64,000 nt of DNA from a virus. The stretch lies in IMG/VR virus record IMGVR_UViG_3300046780_000088, positions 1 through 64,000 of that record; one strand, given 5' to 3'. The first letter of the stretch is position 1. Every line of letters begins with the position of its first letter. The notes under the pieces are model-generated. The model made no database searches and was not told the DNA's origin. It was given only the letters and a program-made list of their open reading frames with translations. Below are positions 19,067 through 28,746 of this stretch, piece after piece. A program made the position numbers and the translations under genes.

Positions 19067-19369
19067 TTACAGACTGCCAAGCGCACGCGGTTCGAAGTGC
19101 ATGTCACGCTCGATCTTCAAACCGAACGGCCCGCGAATCGATTCGAGTTCACGCAAACTGAAATAACCGAGTTCAGTTTCGTGACCTTCGACGCGACCGA
19201 AGAACATTATCTCACCGTCTTCTTGTACATGCCCCTCGACACCGTACCATGTCCAGTTCGACCACGGTGTGAAGAACTTCACGACCGCAACCTTGTCGCC
19301 TTCCGGGATGTGTTCAGTTGCATTCAGTGCCGGAAGCTTACGCAGAATTTCTTTGGTGATCAGTTTCAT
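19067..19369 (-). CDS. DUF2958 family protein
   Basis: VKFFTPWSNWTWY, ELGYFSLRELE, GLKIERDMHF. Confidence 0.85.
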   Translation of the reverse strand: MKLITKEILRKLPALNATEHIPEGDKVAVVKFFTPWSNWTWYGVEGHVQEDGEIMFFGRVEGHETELGYFSLRELESIRGPFGLKIERDMHFEPRALGSL

Positions 19370-19578
19370 TTGTGATTCCTTTCTGCTGTTAATTCTTCGA
19401 TTCGTTTTTGCTGCCACGTTATTGCTTCAACCGCATTCTCTTGCGTTATCGGATTGTAACGTGCTGCAACTTCCGCTCTAACCTGTTTCAATATCTGGTT
19501 GTGAGCAATGCGTTCGGCAATTTGTTCCTTCGTGTCTGCTGGCGGTGACACCAACATATAATGCCGTTTGCTGTACAT
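19366..19578 (-). CDS. Hypothetical early protein
   Basis: Follows a repeat element and RBS. Confidence 0.55.
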   Translation of the reverse strand: MYSKRHYMLVSPPADTKEQIAERIAHNQILKQVRAEVAARYNPITQENAVEAITWQQKRIEELTAERNHK

Positions 19579-19638
19579 TATATTTCCTTTCTCACCCGGC
19601 AAAGCACCGGAGCATCCGTTGTCGGATGCCTCGTAGCT

Positions 19639-19944
19639 CTACTGAAGACGTTCCTCAATCCTCATAACACTTGCAGTATACCAAAGACCACCTTGGCTTA
19701 CTGGACGATCATGTTCCATGATAATACCGCTGATATTTACGCGACACCATACGCGACCTTTCTTGCTCAGATGCGGAGCTATCGGCTTCGAACAGCAATG
19801 CCAACCGGGTCGAACTTTGAATCCGTTTGTTGGATGCGATTGAGCAAAATAGCACGAACCTACTTCGAGTCGTTGACCGCGATTGATGAATAGTGAACCG
19901 AGTGAACCATCAGGGCGCACGCGAAAAAGCTTGTAAGCTTGCAT
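19639..19944 (-). CDS. Conserved phage hypothetical protein
   Basis: AYKLFR..DGSLGSLFIN...HPT.GF..RPGWHC...P.APHL...R.W pattern. Confidence 0.65.
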   Translation of the reverse strand: MQAYKLFRVRPDGSLGSLFINRGQRLEVGSCYFAQSHPTNGFKVRPGWHCCSKPIAPHLSKKGRVWCRVNISGIIMEHDRPVSQGGLWYTASVMRIEERLQ

Positions 19945-20002
19945 GAATTTCTCCTAGCCGACTAAAGTGTCGGAGCAAGGCCCGAAGCCTTGCCTCGAAA
20001 CT

Positions 20003-20500
20003 CTACTTGCGAACCGTGCCCAACTTCGTAAGCGTTTCTTGGTACGCCAGCGCTTCAGCACGTTGCGCATTCTTTACTTCTTTGCTGAACCCTGCACGCG
20101 CCAGTGTGTCAGGACCACCAACAAACGATTGACCGTTGATGGTGCTATTAACTCCATCAGGATCATGTTCATTGTGTGACTTAACACCTTTCCCGGCGAC
20201 ACCAACAAGCTCAATCTCGCCAGTATCACGCACCTTGATTTCTGTGATGGTGCAAAAGAAAGTCGGCATCGAAAAACTGCCAGCAGTAAATCCTTCGCTA
20301 AGGATCAAGTCGCCAACCTTGAAATCAGCGTAGCGACGTTTGCGGAGCGAATCCAGATACGTCTGTGCTGCCCTTCCACGCTTTGTAAGAACAGCGCCCT
20401 TCCCTTCACACTTGAAACAGACACCGTTGTAAACAGCATACGGCATACGTCCTGAACCACCACAACGCGAGCAACGGACGTTTTCAAAGAGCAGACCCAT
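20003..20500 (-). CDS. Zn-finger (CxRCGGxG...CFxCxG) hypothetical protein
   Basis: CSRCGGSG...GVCFKCEG motif. Confidence 0.65.
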   Translation of the reverse strand: MGLLFENVRCSRCGGSGRMPYAVYNGVCFKCEGKGAVLTKRGRAAQTYLDSLRKRRYADFKVGDLILSEGFTAGSFSMPTFFCTITEIKVRDTGEIELVGVAGKGVKSHNEHDPDGVNSTINGQSFVGGPDTLARAGFSKEVKNAQRAEALAYQETLTKLGTVRK

Positions 20501-20555
20501 GATGTTCCCTTTCTAGCCGACGAAAGTGTCGGAGAATAGGCGCGGTGATCTGCGC

Positions 20556-20753
20556 TCATTCCTCGATGCTCTCAACTTTTGCTTGTAATTTCGCTGCGCG
20601 ACGAACTGCTGCTTGCTGCTCATAGCGAGCATGAAATTCACAGCGCGAACCCCAAAAATTTGCACATACTGCTGGCTTACCGCATGACGAAACATACGAT
20701 GCCATACCCGCTCCGTTACGACGACGACGTGGAAACGTACAAAACGGACCCAT
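20556..20753 (-). CDS. Small Cys/His hypothetical protein
   Basis: Between two repeat elements, with RBS. Confidence 0.5.
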   Translation of the reverse strand: MGPFCTFPRRRRNGAGMASYVSSCGKPAVCANFWGSRCEFHARYEQQAAVRRAAKLQAKVESIEE

Positions 20754-20813
20754 GATGTTCCCTTTCTAGCCGACGAAAGTGTCGGAGCAAGGTCGAAACC
20801 TTGCCTCGAAACT

Positions 20814-21017
20814 CTAATCATCAAACTCATCGTAAGGTATTTCATCGCTCTTCTGAGCGCTGAAAATGATGCGACCAAGATGTCCGTTGTCAGCATGTTG
20901 TCTACGCGCTCTCTTGATTGCTTCTGACTTTGACTTCGCACGGACAACATACTGGTATCCTTCACGTTCATCCCATGCCGGAAAAACTGGCATTGCAAGA
21001 ACTGTGTAAGTTTCCAT
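20814..21017 (-). CDS. Hypothetical early protein
   Basis: Between two repeat elements, with RBS. Confidence 0.55.
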   Translation of the reverse strand: METYTVLAMPVFPAWDEREGYQYVVRAKSKSEAIKRARRQHADNGHLGRIIFSAQKSDEIPYDEFDD

Positions 21018-21122
21018 TGCTTACCTTTCTGTGCCGACAAAAACGTCGGAGCAAGCAGCGCTGCTTGCCTCGAAGTTCTCAGTCTTCGACAAACCGGGTA
21101 GCGGTGTTCACCGTTCGGTCTG

Positions 21123-21818
21123 TTACGCTTGGATGGATGCTTGACGAATCAACCGCACCGGGTATCCATATTCCTTACCGTTCCTTTCGAACACGATATG
21201 CGGAACATACTTACCATTCAGGTGCGGTCCAAAACTACGAACAACGCGCTCTTCAACGCGCAATACTGTTACGTCGTATCCGTCTTTGCCGTACAGATGC
21301 ACGACAGTACCCGGAACGATTACACGCTTGCTTTCTTCGCTACGCTCTTGCAACTGCTGCTTACCGTGCACGCGATCAGCGTTTGTGGTGATGGCCTTCG
21401 ACGTATTACGCGCCAAAATCGCACGGTTAAGAAGATTAAGACGTAAATCTCTTACCGCTTCCCGCTGATGTTCTGCTGGAGCCTCAGCGTATGCAACCAT
21501 CACTCGTTCAGTCCTAGCAAATCTCTTACCTTCCGGGATGAACTTTCTGTATTCGCCGTTCCACGCACGCGACGGAAGAATAAAACCATCCAATACCGCC
21601 TCCGCATCTTTGTCATGATTGCGAGCGTTGACCAGCAATTCGGCAGCGATTTGATCCGCGAATGTGCGGTCAAGTTCCAACGGTTGATGACGTTCGCCGC
21701 AGCACACGCCGTTGAAGTAACCGTGATCGACGGTGTAACCGTGCTTCGACAGAACTTTGGATGGCAGCGCTTGAAGCGAGCCACATATCTGACACGTTCC
21801 ACTGTGAGTCGATTTCAT
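21123..21818 (-). CDS. Hypothetical protein with N-terminal Zn-binding motif
   Basis: GTCQICG...HGY....F.G.C motif; start corrected to the ATG after the RBS. Confidence 0.65.
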   Translation of the reverse strand: MKSTHSGTCQICGSLQALPSKVLSKHGYTVDHGYFNGVCCGERHQPLELDRTFADQIAAELLVNARNHDKDAEAVLDGFILPSRAWNGEYRKFIPEGKRFARTERVMVAYAEAPAEHQREAVRDLRLNLLNRAILARNTSKAITTNADRVHGKQQLQERSEESKRVIVPGTVVHLYGKDGYDVTVLRVEERVVRSFGPHLNGKYVPHIVFERNGKEYGYPVRLIRQASIQA

Positions 21819-21877
21819 TTGATTCCTTTCTGTCCGACTAAAGTGTCGGAGCAAGGCCGAAGCCTTGCCTCGAAACT

Positions 21878-22150
21878 CTACACTGTCTTACTCGCCAACT
21901 CGCGCACCAACATACGCGCTGTTACTTTCGCCATATGCGCGCGGGGTCCGTCACTCTTACGAGGATCAAGCACGCCAGTTTCGTACAGTCTGTTCAGTAC
22001 CTTGGTAACGAAGAATAACGCATCGCTATCGTTGGTGTTGAACGGGTCTTTCGGAGCAGTTGCGTTGACGATCTTAAACGGTACGCGCGGATCGTTGACG
22101 ATCTGACCAGCGGGGTGTTCGACATTCTTGTGTGCGGGAACATGGAACAT
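21878..22150 (-). CDS. Hypothetical early protein
   Basis: Between two repeat elements; start corrected. Confidence 0.55.
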   Translation of the reverse strand: MFHVPAHKNVEHPAGQIVNDPRVPFKIVNATAPKDPFNTNDSDALFFVTKVLNRLYETGVLDPRKSDGPRAHMAKVTARMLVRELASKTV

Positions 22151-22209
22151 GGTAATCCTTTCTGTCCGACGAAAGTGTCGGAGCAACCGTTGTCGGTTGC
22201 CTCGAAACT

Positions 22210-22395
22210 CTATCGCGCGTTTAGCGCGTTACACACATCTTCAACATCCTTCTTATTAACCTTTTGTTGTTCTTCATAACCCTTCATACCAAGGACGCTA
22301 GTACGTTGCTCGCGCCCACACAATTTCATTTCAACAACTCTTCCATCATCCAATGTGAATTGAATGATGGTTCCAAATTTGGTTTCAATCTTCAT
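22210..22395 (-). CDS. Hypothetical early protein
   Basis: First ORF after the non-coding leader; RBS AGAAAGG. Confidence 0.55.
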   Translation of the reverse strand: MKIETKFGTIIQFTLDDGRVVEMKLCGREQRTSVLGMKGYEEQQKVNKKDVEDVCNALNAR

Positions 22396-22414
22396 GATAA
22401 CCTTTCTGTTGTTA

Positions 22415-23375
22415 AAAGACGATGGGGATGCAAGCTCGATTCGTCATCGTCTTGCTGCGCCCATCGGTAGAACGTACTGATGAATCCATCCACCCGGTGT
22501 ACACTATCCCGCCTAACCTTAATTTCACAGGTGGTATCTGTCGGATCGAATGGATGAACTCATCAGTACGCACTACGATAGCGTCACGCTGTTTGGAGCA
22601 GCACAGTTTTGCGCTTCATGCATGATCTGATCGACGCTATCGTAGTACGCACTGAGCAACACTGTATTGCGACATCACGACCGATATGCCATCCACGAAA
22701 CCGACTCGCTATCCAGATGCATCATGTCAATGCATAACAACGATTAGGTTTGTGTCATGTAGCTATCCAGCTATCGTGATGAAAATATACAGTGTTGCTC
22801 GGTACGCACTGCGCAACATTCAAGTGTGATCTTATCTCAGCCTGCCCTGACGGAATGGTCAGAAGCGCTTTTCGCGCACCCTGAAAATGTTTGACCGTGT
22901 ACCGTAACTCGCCCGACCAATTCAGATGCAAGAACTTGAATGCTGCGCACTGCGCACTGTGCAACACACTGGAATCGGAATCAAAGCGTTGGCCGGTTTC
23001 CAGTTTTTCAATCCCAACGCTACAGAGGGAAATAATTCACTTTTCACCGTTAGACTTTGATCATGTCTTGTGTGTTGCACACTGCGCAGTTACCGCAGTG
23101 TTGAAAAGAGCAATGCTTCGCCCTTTCCCTTTCCGTCCGGGTGCCGGTTGTCTTCGGGTTTCGTTGCGAGTCGTCTGACTTCGTGCTATCGGTTTTTAGC
23201 TTGTTGGCGGTTGCCTGTTGCCTGAACCCGCCACTCTGATTCTGCTTGGCAGACACCGATGGTGCCTACCTACCGAAGCGACTCTGCTACCCTAGTGAGC
23301 CTGCTTCCCTTGCTACTCGGTTCTCAGTGCCCGGTGGACCCGACTGGTTGGCATCCACTGAACTTCAAGTACCGT
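22415..23375 (-). ncRNA. ~1 kb structured non-coding leader: tandem array of stem-closed domains
   Basis: Six consecutive inverted-repeat-closed units, four junctions joined by (G/C)T(A/G)CGCAC linkers, plus a nested-helix region at 23110-23370; downstream of a strong sigma70 promoter. Confidence 0.7.
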
Positions 23376-23381
23376 GATTGA

Positions 23382-23409
23382 AGTATAGTCCAACCACAGA
23401 CCATGTCAA
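23382..23409 (-). promoter_or_regulatory. Strong sigma70 promoter (probable early promoter)
   Basis: TTGACA-N16-TATACT on the - strand with an upstream A-tract. Confidence 0.75.
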
Positions 23410-23454
23410 GCACTTTCTGAACTATTTTTATGCTCTGTAAGCCCTTGATTCCAT

Positions 23455-25380
23455 TTAAAAATTCTCCGCATGGTAGCGACCATCAGGGCTAAGTGTGACC
23501 CTGCCTGCTTCGATCAGCGCGTATACCGAGCGGTCGAATCGCTTGCGCCGTGCATCAAGCAGCTTCGTGCGCTCTTCACCATCAGGCACTAGGTTGATCG
23601 CATAGTAGCGTTCGCGCCATGCATCGAGTGTTACTCCTTTGCCTTCGTCGCCTAACGTCTGCAATGCCATGTCATCGAATGCTGATAGCGGTTTGATTTT
23701 CTTTCGCTCGACAGGAACATAGTCAGGCGGTTTCGGTTTGACGATGCACGATCCAATCGTTTCATCAGGATCAGCATCCGGGTCCGGTGATTTGCCGAGT
23801 CCGATGTATTCAAGATCGTACGAAAATGATTGTCCTGTTTCTCCATCGCGCACCTTGGACACTTCAGCAGTCCGCGCACCATCTTCTTCTGTTCGCACTT
23901 GCAACTCGAAGTCCGCAGCAGCGCGCAACGAACTGTGACCGCGCGATCCTTTGCTTTCATCCTTGCCGCTATGGTGCACATAGACGACTGTGCAACCGCA
24001 CGCATCGCGTATCGCCTTGCCTGCCATCACCATCATGCCCATGTCAATCGAACTATTCTCATCGCCACCCGGCATCATCGCGTTCAGCGTATCAAGCACG
24101 ACCAGCACGACACCGTGCAACTCTTCCGACTTTTGCTTCACGTCTTCGACCAGTGCTGCAACGTCTGTTCCTTTCTGATCGCACAGGTTCAAGTTCGTTT
24201 GCAGGATACGGAAGTTCGGATAGTCATCGGCGGATGTATTGTTGTGACCGACCATGTACGCACGCAAGCGATACGTCAGGTTGCCTTCGCTTGTGACGTA
24301 GATAACACCGCCCGGTTTGATTCGACGCTCGAACCAACGCAGCTTGCCTTCCTTCTGCGCAAGCAGCATCGCAAGGTCCGTTGCAAGAAACGTCTTCGAG
24401 CTACCCGGCTGACCATAGATGACTCCGATGTCGCCAAGCTGCGCAACACCGCGCACCAACCAACGAGGCGGTTGTCGATCAAGAAACTCCGACAACGTTT
24501 GTGACTTGACTACGCGCGGTACACCTTTCCATTCGAACCCTGCTTCGTATGCCCACTTGAAGATCGTGCCAACTGTGACCGGCTTGCGACCTGTCTTCTT
24601 GCGCGCATGGTAGAAGTCTAGCGTCTGTTTCTCGTTGAAGTTCCCCGCTCGACGCGCGAAGTCCAACGCAAGTTGCTCGCCGACTTCGTCATGTCCGAAC
24701 GCATTCCCAATCGCATACGTTATCCGCATCCATGAATCGCGGTCTTCCGCTTTTGCAGGATCAAGAAATTCCAGTGCAGCTTTCAGCTTTTCGAATGAAC
24801 CCGGCTTGTTACGATTCCATTGTTCTTCTTCGTCATCGTCGGATTCAACCGTAGCACCTTTCTTTCTCAGCTTGACTTCGACTTCTTCATTGATCGGTGC
24901 GAACGGTGCATCATCCGCGACATCTGTGATCGCGCGCCCGGTGAAGGTGACGTACTTCTTATCGGTGAAGACATCGATACCGATACCATCGCCGATGTCC
25001 CTGTTGTCGGGCAGCGAAGATTTTCCACTCACAAACGCATGGACACCGTGACCTGACGGACTCCATTCAACGTACGTCGCCCCAAGACCTTTGATGATGT
25101 CGGCAGCGCGATCCTTCAGCGTCCCTTCAGCATCGGTTGCCTTGTCGAAGTCGTAGACTGTTACGCCGAGTTCAGGCAACAAAGCTAACCCGATTCCTGT
25201 AAAGGATTTCGGGTTTTTATCGAGTCTTTCTTTTGCTACGTCGAACGATACTAACTCAGCACGATCACTCGCATCACCATTCTCACCGCGTCTTGGTTCA
25301 CCATTCGTTGCGTAGAACGGTTGCTTTGTAGCGTTATGCAGTAACCATACTGGCAGCTTTTTGAGTTCTGTGAGATTCAT
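23455..25380 (-). CDS. Primase-helicase fusion (primase/polymerase + PriCT-2 + AAA_25/RepA-like helicase)
   Basis: DFD and EWSPSGHGVH primase motifs; RDSWMRI...VTVGTIF (PriCT-2); GQPGSSKT Walker A variant, VLDTL, HHSGKD..KGSRGHSSL. Confidence 0.88.
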   Translation of the reverse strand: MNLTELKKLPVWLLHNATKQPFYATNGEPRRGENGDASDRAELVSFDVAKERLDKNPKSFTGIGLALLPELGVTVYDFDKATDAEGTLKDRAADIIKGLGATYVEWSPSGHGVHAFVSGKSSLPDNRDIGDGIGIDVFTDKKYVTFTGRAITDVADDAPFAPINEEVEVKLRKKGATVESDDDEEEQWNRNKPGSFEKLKAALEFLDPAKAEDRDSWMRITYAIGNAFGHDEVGEQLALDFARRAGNFNEKQTLDFYHARKKTGRKPVTVGTIFKWAYEAGFEWKGVPRVVKSQTLSEFLDRQPPRWLVRGVAQLGDIGVIYGQPGSSKTFLATDLAMLLAQKEGKLRWFERRIKPGGVIYVTSEGNLTYRLRAYMVGHNNTSADDYPNFRILQTNLNLCDQKGTDVAALVEDVKQKSEELHGVVLVVLDTLNAMMPGGDENSSIDMGMMVMAGKAIRDACGCTVVYVHHSGKDESKGSRGHSSLRAAADFELQVRTEEDGARTAEVSKVRDGETGQSFSYDLEYIGLGKSPDPDADPDETIGSCIVKPKPPDYVPVERKKIKPLSAFDDMALQTLGDEGKGVTLDAWRERYYAINLVPDGEERTKLLDARRKRFDRSVYALIEAGRVTLSPDGRYHAENF

Positions 25381-25399
25381 TCTTTCGCCCAAAGAGAAA

Positions 25400-25423
25400 C
25401 AGAGGGATCAATTGATCCCTCTG
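25400..25423 (-). terminator. Perfect 24-bp palindrome / possible terminator between the SSB and primase genes
   Basis: CAGAGGGATCAATTGATCCCTCTG followed by TTTCTCTTT on the - strand. Confidence 0.5.
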
Positions 25424-25446
25424 GCCTTGCATTATGGACGATGATT

Positions 25447-26259
25447 TTAGAACCGCTCGCTGGCTTTTCCGCTCTTCACGTCGTCGCCATCGGTTGCTGC
25501 CTTGAAGTCTGCCTTTGCCTTGCCGCCCTCGACCGCCGCCTTGAATGCCTTTGCAGCGTGATACAGGACCACAGGTGACGGTCCCTTGAGACTGATGACC
25601 CAACCCTGCCAGCTTCCCTTATCGTTGCTCTCTGGCGTGCTGGTGATCGTATAGATCGTGCTGTACGTCGGTTTTGTGAAGAAGACCCCATCCGAACCGG
25701 CAACCTTCTGCGCATCCATCTTCGAACACCAGTTGCGCGACTTCTTGACCTGAGTGCTTGACAGGTTGATCAGTGCCGGTGCGAAGCTGCCGTCATCTTC
25801 CAAGACCAAGACGTAATGCAGGCGCGTATCCTTCAGTTGATCGCTCGAACCATCAACGATCAGCTTACCTTCATCATCCGGCTTCGTGTTCTGCACGACC
25901 GGATCATCAGGTTGATATTCGCCCCTGAATCCGCCACCTTCTTTACGATCTGCCCAACGCAAGAAGCGCCGTTCGTAGTGAGCCGGGATCACGTCAACGG
26001 ATTCGTAGAACTTTCCAGTGACGGTGTTGAACAGCATCCCTTGCTTCGCGCCTTCTACATACGCGCCGTCATCCTCATCGACTTGCGGCGAACCCTTTTG
26101 CAGCATGATCAGGAACGGCATCGCATACGAATCTTTGTCAGCGTGTTCCAGACCAGCACCCTTGTCTTGCGCATACAGCGCGAGCAGTTCAGCATCAACT
26201 GCGCCAACCGCCGTGCTTTCCTTCACTACTACTTCTGTACCACTGGATTTCTTTGCCAT
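25447..26259 (-). CDS. Putative single-stranded DNA-binding protein
   Basis: MPFLIMLQKGSPQV, STQVKKSRNW and NDKGSWQGW pattern typical of phage replication modules; C-terminal Phe. Confidence 0.65.
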   Translation of the reverse strand: MAKKSSGTEVVVKESTAVGAVDAELLALYAQDKGAGLEHADKDSYAMPFLIMLQKGSPQVDEDDGAYVEGAKQGMLFNTVTGKFYESVDVIPAHYERRFLRWADRKEGGGFRGEYQPDDPVVQNTKPDDEGKLIVDGSSDQLKDTRLHYVLVLEDDGSFAPALINLSSTQVKKSRNWCSKMDAQKVAGSDGVFFTKPTYSTIYTITSTPESNDKGSWQGWVISLKGPSPVVLYHAAKAFKAAVEGGKAKADFKAATDGDDVKSGKASERF

Positions 26260-26273
26260 GATAAGTGTTCCCT

Positions 26274-26777
26274 TTATTTGATTACAGCAAGTGTTACGGC
26301 TTGAATTGCGAAAACGTCGTACGGAACGTCAACGCCTTTTTCCAATTGCTCTTTGACTAATGCTTTGAGCGTTTGCGGATGCACTGTTTCCTTGTCTGCT
26401 ATCGGGATGTTATTCTCTTCGCAGAACTTCAACAGTTTGTCAGCGGCATCACCTTCGTTCTTGCCGAAGTCAGCCTTGACTTGATGCTTGATCACTCCCC
26501 CCATTTCATGTTCGCGCAACCATGCGAACGCACGGTCTTGCATTTCCGCCGTGATACTGGCGAACACGTCAGGCTTGACTGTGATCTTCGTTCCATCTTC
26601 GAGTGCGATGCTTTGCACCTGTCCCTCACGCATCGCTTCCGGGATGTCAATCTCGATAAGCTTGCGCAAATCGTTGTTAGCTCGCTTCAGCGCTTCTTCT
26701 TTCTCTGCAATTTCATCCTTCTTGTCGCGCGCCAACTGCGCAAGACGAGAAAGAGTTTTCAGTAGGTCTTCGTTCAT
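26274..26777 (-). CDS. Conserved phage replication-module protein
   Basis: IPEAM, AFAWLRE and VHPQTLKALVKEQ pattern; usually adjacent to the SSB gene. Confidence 0.65.
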   Translation of the reverse strand: MNEDLLKTLSRLAQLARDKKDEIAEKEEALKRANNDLRKLIEIDIPEAMREGQVQSIALEDGTKITVKPDVFASITAEMQDRAFAWLREHEMGGVIKHQVKADFGKNEGDAADKLLKFCEENNIPIADKETVHPQTLKALVKEQLEKGVDVPYDVFAIQAVTLAVIK

Positions 26778-27151
26778 AGTTCCCTTCCCGATGAATCAAT
26801 CTGCACAGCAACGTAATGTCCTGCCGTTCGTTGCAACGTTTGTGGATCAAGATCGCGTTCCCACTTCAGAATCCGCACTCGACCACCATTACGCTCACCA
26901 GCAATGATTGCCGCAGCTACCATGATTGATGGATCGCCTAGCGGAACAAGATAATCATCGTCATTGAAGTGAATCAATTTCTCTCGCAACGTGCGAACGA
27001 TTGGAACAGGAGCGAACAGGTTCAACACCGGGGGCAGCAACACGACAGGTTCGCCAAAATCCTTCAGCGAAGACAGATCGAATTGTGAGACACGTTCTCC
27101 GGTGACTTTGTTCTTCTTAAAAATCTCTTGTGTAATGTAAACCTTGCCCAT
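26774..27151 (-). CDS. Conserved phage hypothetical protein
   Basis: KVYITQE...DFG...FNDDDYLVPLGDP...LKWER pattern. Confidence 0.6.
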   Translation of the reverse strand: MGKVYITQEIFKKNKVTGERVSQFDLSSLKDFGEPVVLLPPVLNLFAPVPIVRTLREKLIHFNDDDYLVPLGDPSIMVAAAIIAGERNGGRVRILKWERDLDPQTLQRTAGHYVAVQIDSSGREL

Positions 27152-27154
27152 TGC

Positions 27155-27397
27155 TCAGTATCCTTTGCGCACCTTGTTGCGTTGAACTTTATGATAGATG
27201 CTAATAACACCAGCAATGATTGCTGCAACAATAAGGATAGCAACTCCAATAGCAGCACCCAACCAAAATGGCATCGTAACGTACCACCAAGACCAATCAA
27301 TAAATCCTGTGAGCTTCAGCGTTACGAATACGATCCCAAGCAAACCCATTATAAGACCACTGAAATTCGTCGTTGTTTCTCCGCTCTGCTTATGCAT
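27155..27397 (-). CDS. Small membrane protein
   Basis: LKLTGFIDWSWWYV..PFW recurrent phage membrane family. Confidence 0.7.
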   Translation of the reverse strand: MHKQSGETTTNFSGLIMGLLGIVFVTLKLTGFIDWSWWYVTMPFWLGAAIGVAILIVAAIIAGVISIYHKVQRNKVRKGY

Positions 27398-28746
27398 GTT
27401 CTTCTCTCCTATGTTGACGTGCTGACTTGAACTTCAAACCGCTGTACGGACCACTGGCATACCGATTCTTGTACGACCGTTGCGTCTTCGTCAAACCATC
27501 TGTGAGCTTATCGTTGCGACGATCCTTGCCAACGCCAGTATTGCGCAAGCTTTGACGATGATAGCCGTTTCCTGTTGCTGTCATCACGCGCCACATAGCG
27601 ATCAGAGCATCGTCAATGAATTTCCGCACGCCAGCACGATCAAGATTTCCATTTACAGTTGTCATCGCAGTAATGCTCCTAAAAGTGTTTCATCGTCATA
27701 AACAAACACACAAGAAGGCCAAACCTTCACTTTGATTTTGTCAGGCATGAAGCATGTTGCTGACGGTTCAACGTTTGGTTCAACAGGACGAGGGGGAACA
27801 TGAATCGGCTCCCAAGGGAAATGGAAATTTGTATTGGCATAAACATTTTTAACAACTTCTTTCTCGCCGGTTTCAAGTTCATGCACGCGCCGATCAAGCT
27901 TGCGGATTGCTCCATCAATCGTGTCGGTTTCCAGAACGCGGTTTGTCGGAGTATTTATCTCGATCAACCTTCTAGCTTCGTGATAACCACATTGACATTC
28001 GTTTTCGTTAACGGCATGACACCAAGTTTTGTGACCAATAGAGCGGATATAATCAATCGCTGCATTCATTCTACTTTTTCCTCGCAAATTTGACGGACCT
28101 GTTCCAGAATTTCCAACTTGAAACGCTGAAGTCCGCGTGCTTTAACTACAACAGGATCGCCGAGCAACGAACGAATCACATTGACACTGCGCAAACAATC
28201 ATTTGTTATCGCTCCATCGCAATGTGATATTTTCCCATCACTAGTTTTGAAATCAAGATTGAACGGCCAACAATGATTGAGGAATCGTTCTCCATACTCT
28301 CCCCATTTGTGACCGTGATCCTTTGCTGTGCCAGTGCGCGACGAAATCGTAACTCCAATAACACCTTCGCGGAACCACGCCTGAATAAAATCATCGAGCG
28401 CCAGCGATAGACGAAACAGGAACGGTTCCCACCAATCTAGGATTCGTTTCTTTCTATCTGTGAGCCAAAAAGAAATTCGCTCACAAACTATGCGCGCATT
28501 AGTCGTAACCTTTGTTTTGTAAACGCTCTGTTGCGATAGAACGTAACCAATTATTCTCTGTACGCTCTTCTTCAAGTTCTTTCTCCAATCGTTGAATTTT
28601 CTGTTCCTGTGCTTCGACAAATCGAGCAGCAATGAATCCGCCTGTAGCTTGCATTGCTGAGTCTGGTCTTCCGGGCAAATCCTGCCGTGCCCATTCACGC
28701 AAATTCATAGCAACTCTATACGCGGTCGATAGACCCCATTTTTCGC

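Larger units (their letters stand above)
17752..22211 (-). repeat. Eight dispersed copies of a two-hairpin intergenic element preceding small genes
   Basis: Copies at 17752-17831, 19596-19640, 19958-20004, 20517-20572, 20770-20815, 21034-21079, 21834-21879 and 22166-22211; + strand consensus CCGAC-NAAAGT-GTCGG-AGCAA-[variable hairpin]-TTGCCTCGAAACTCT. Confidence 0.9.

Noticed and set aside
17752-22211. Repeats as a CRISPR array or integron attC sites
   Set aside because: The 'spacers' are whole genes of variable length; there are no cas or integron-integrase genes and no RYYYAAC/GTTRRRY cores.
22555-22570. CTGATGAG on the - strand as a hammerhead ribozyme core
   Set aside because: It is sequestered in the unit's closing helix, and no properly placed stem II-CGAAA follows.
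22415-23090. Retron msr-msd or DGR template
   Set aside because: No reverse transcriptase in the window, and no adenine-variant repeat pair was seen.
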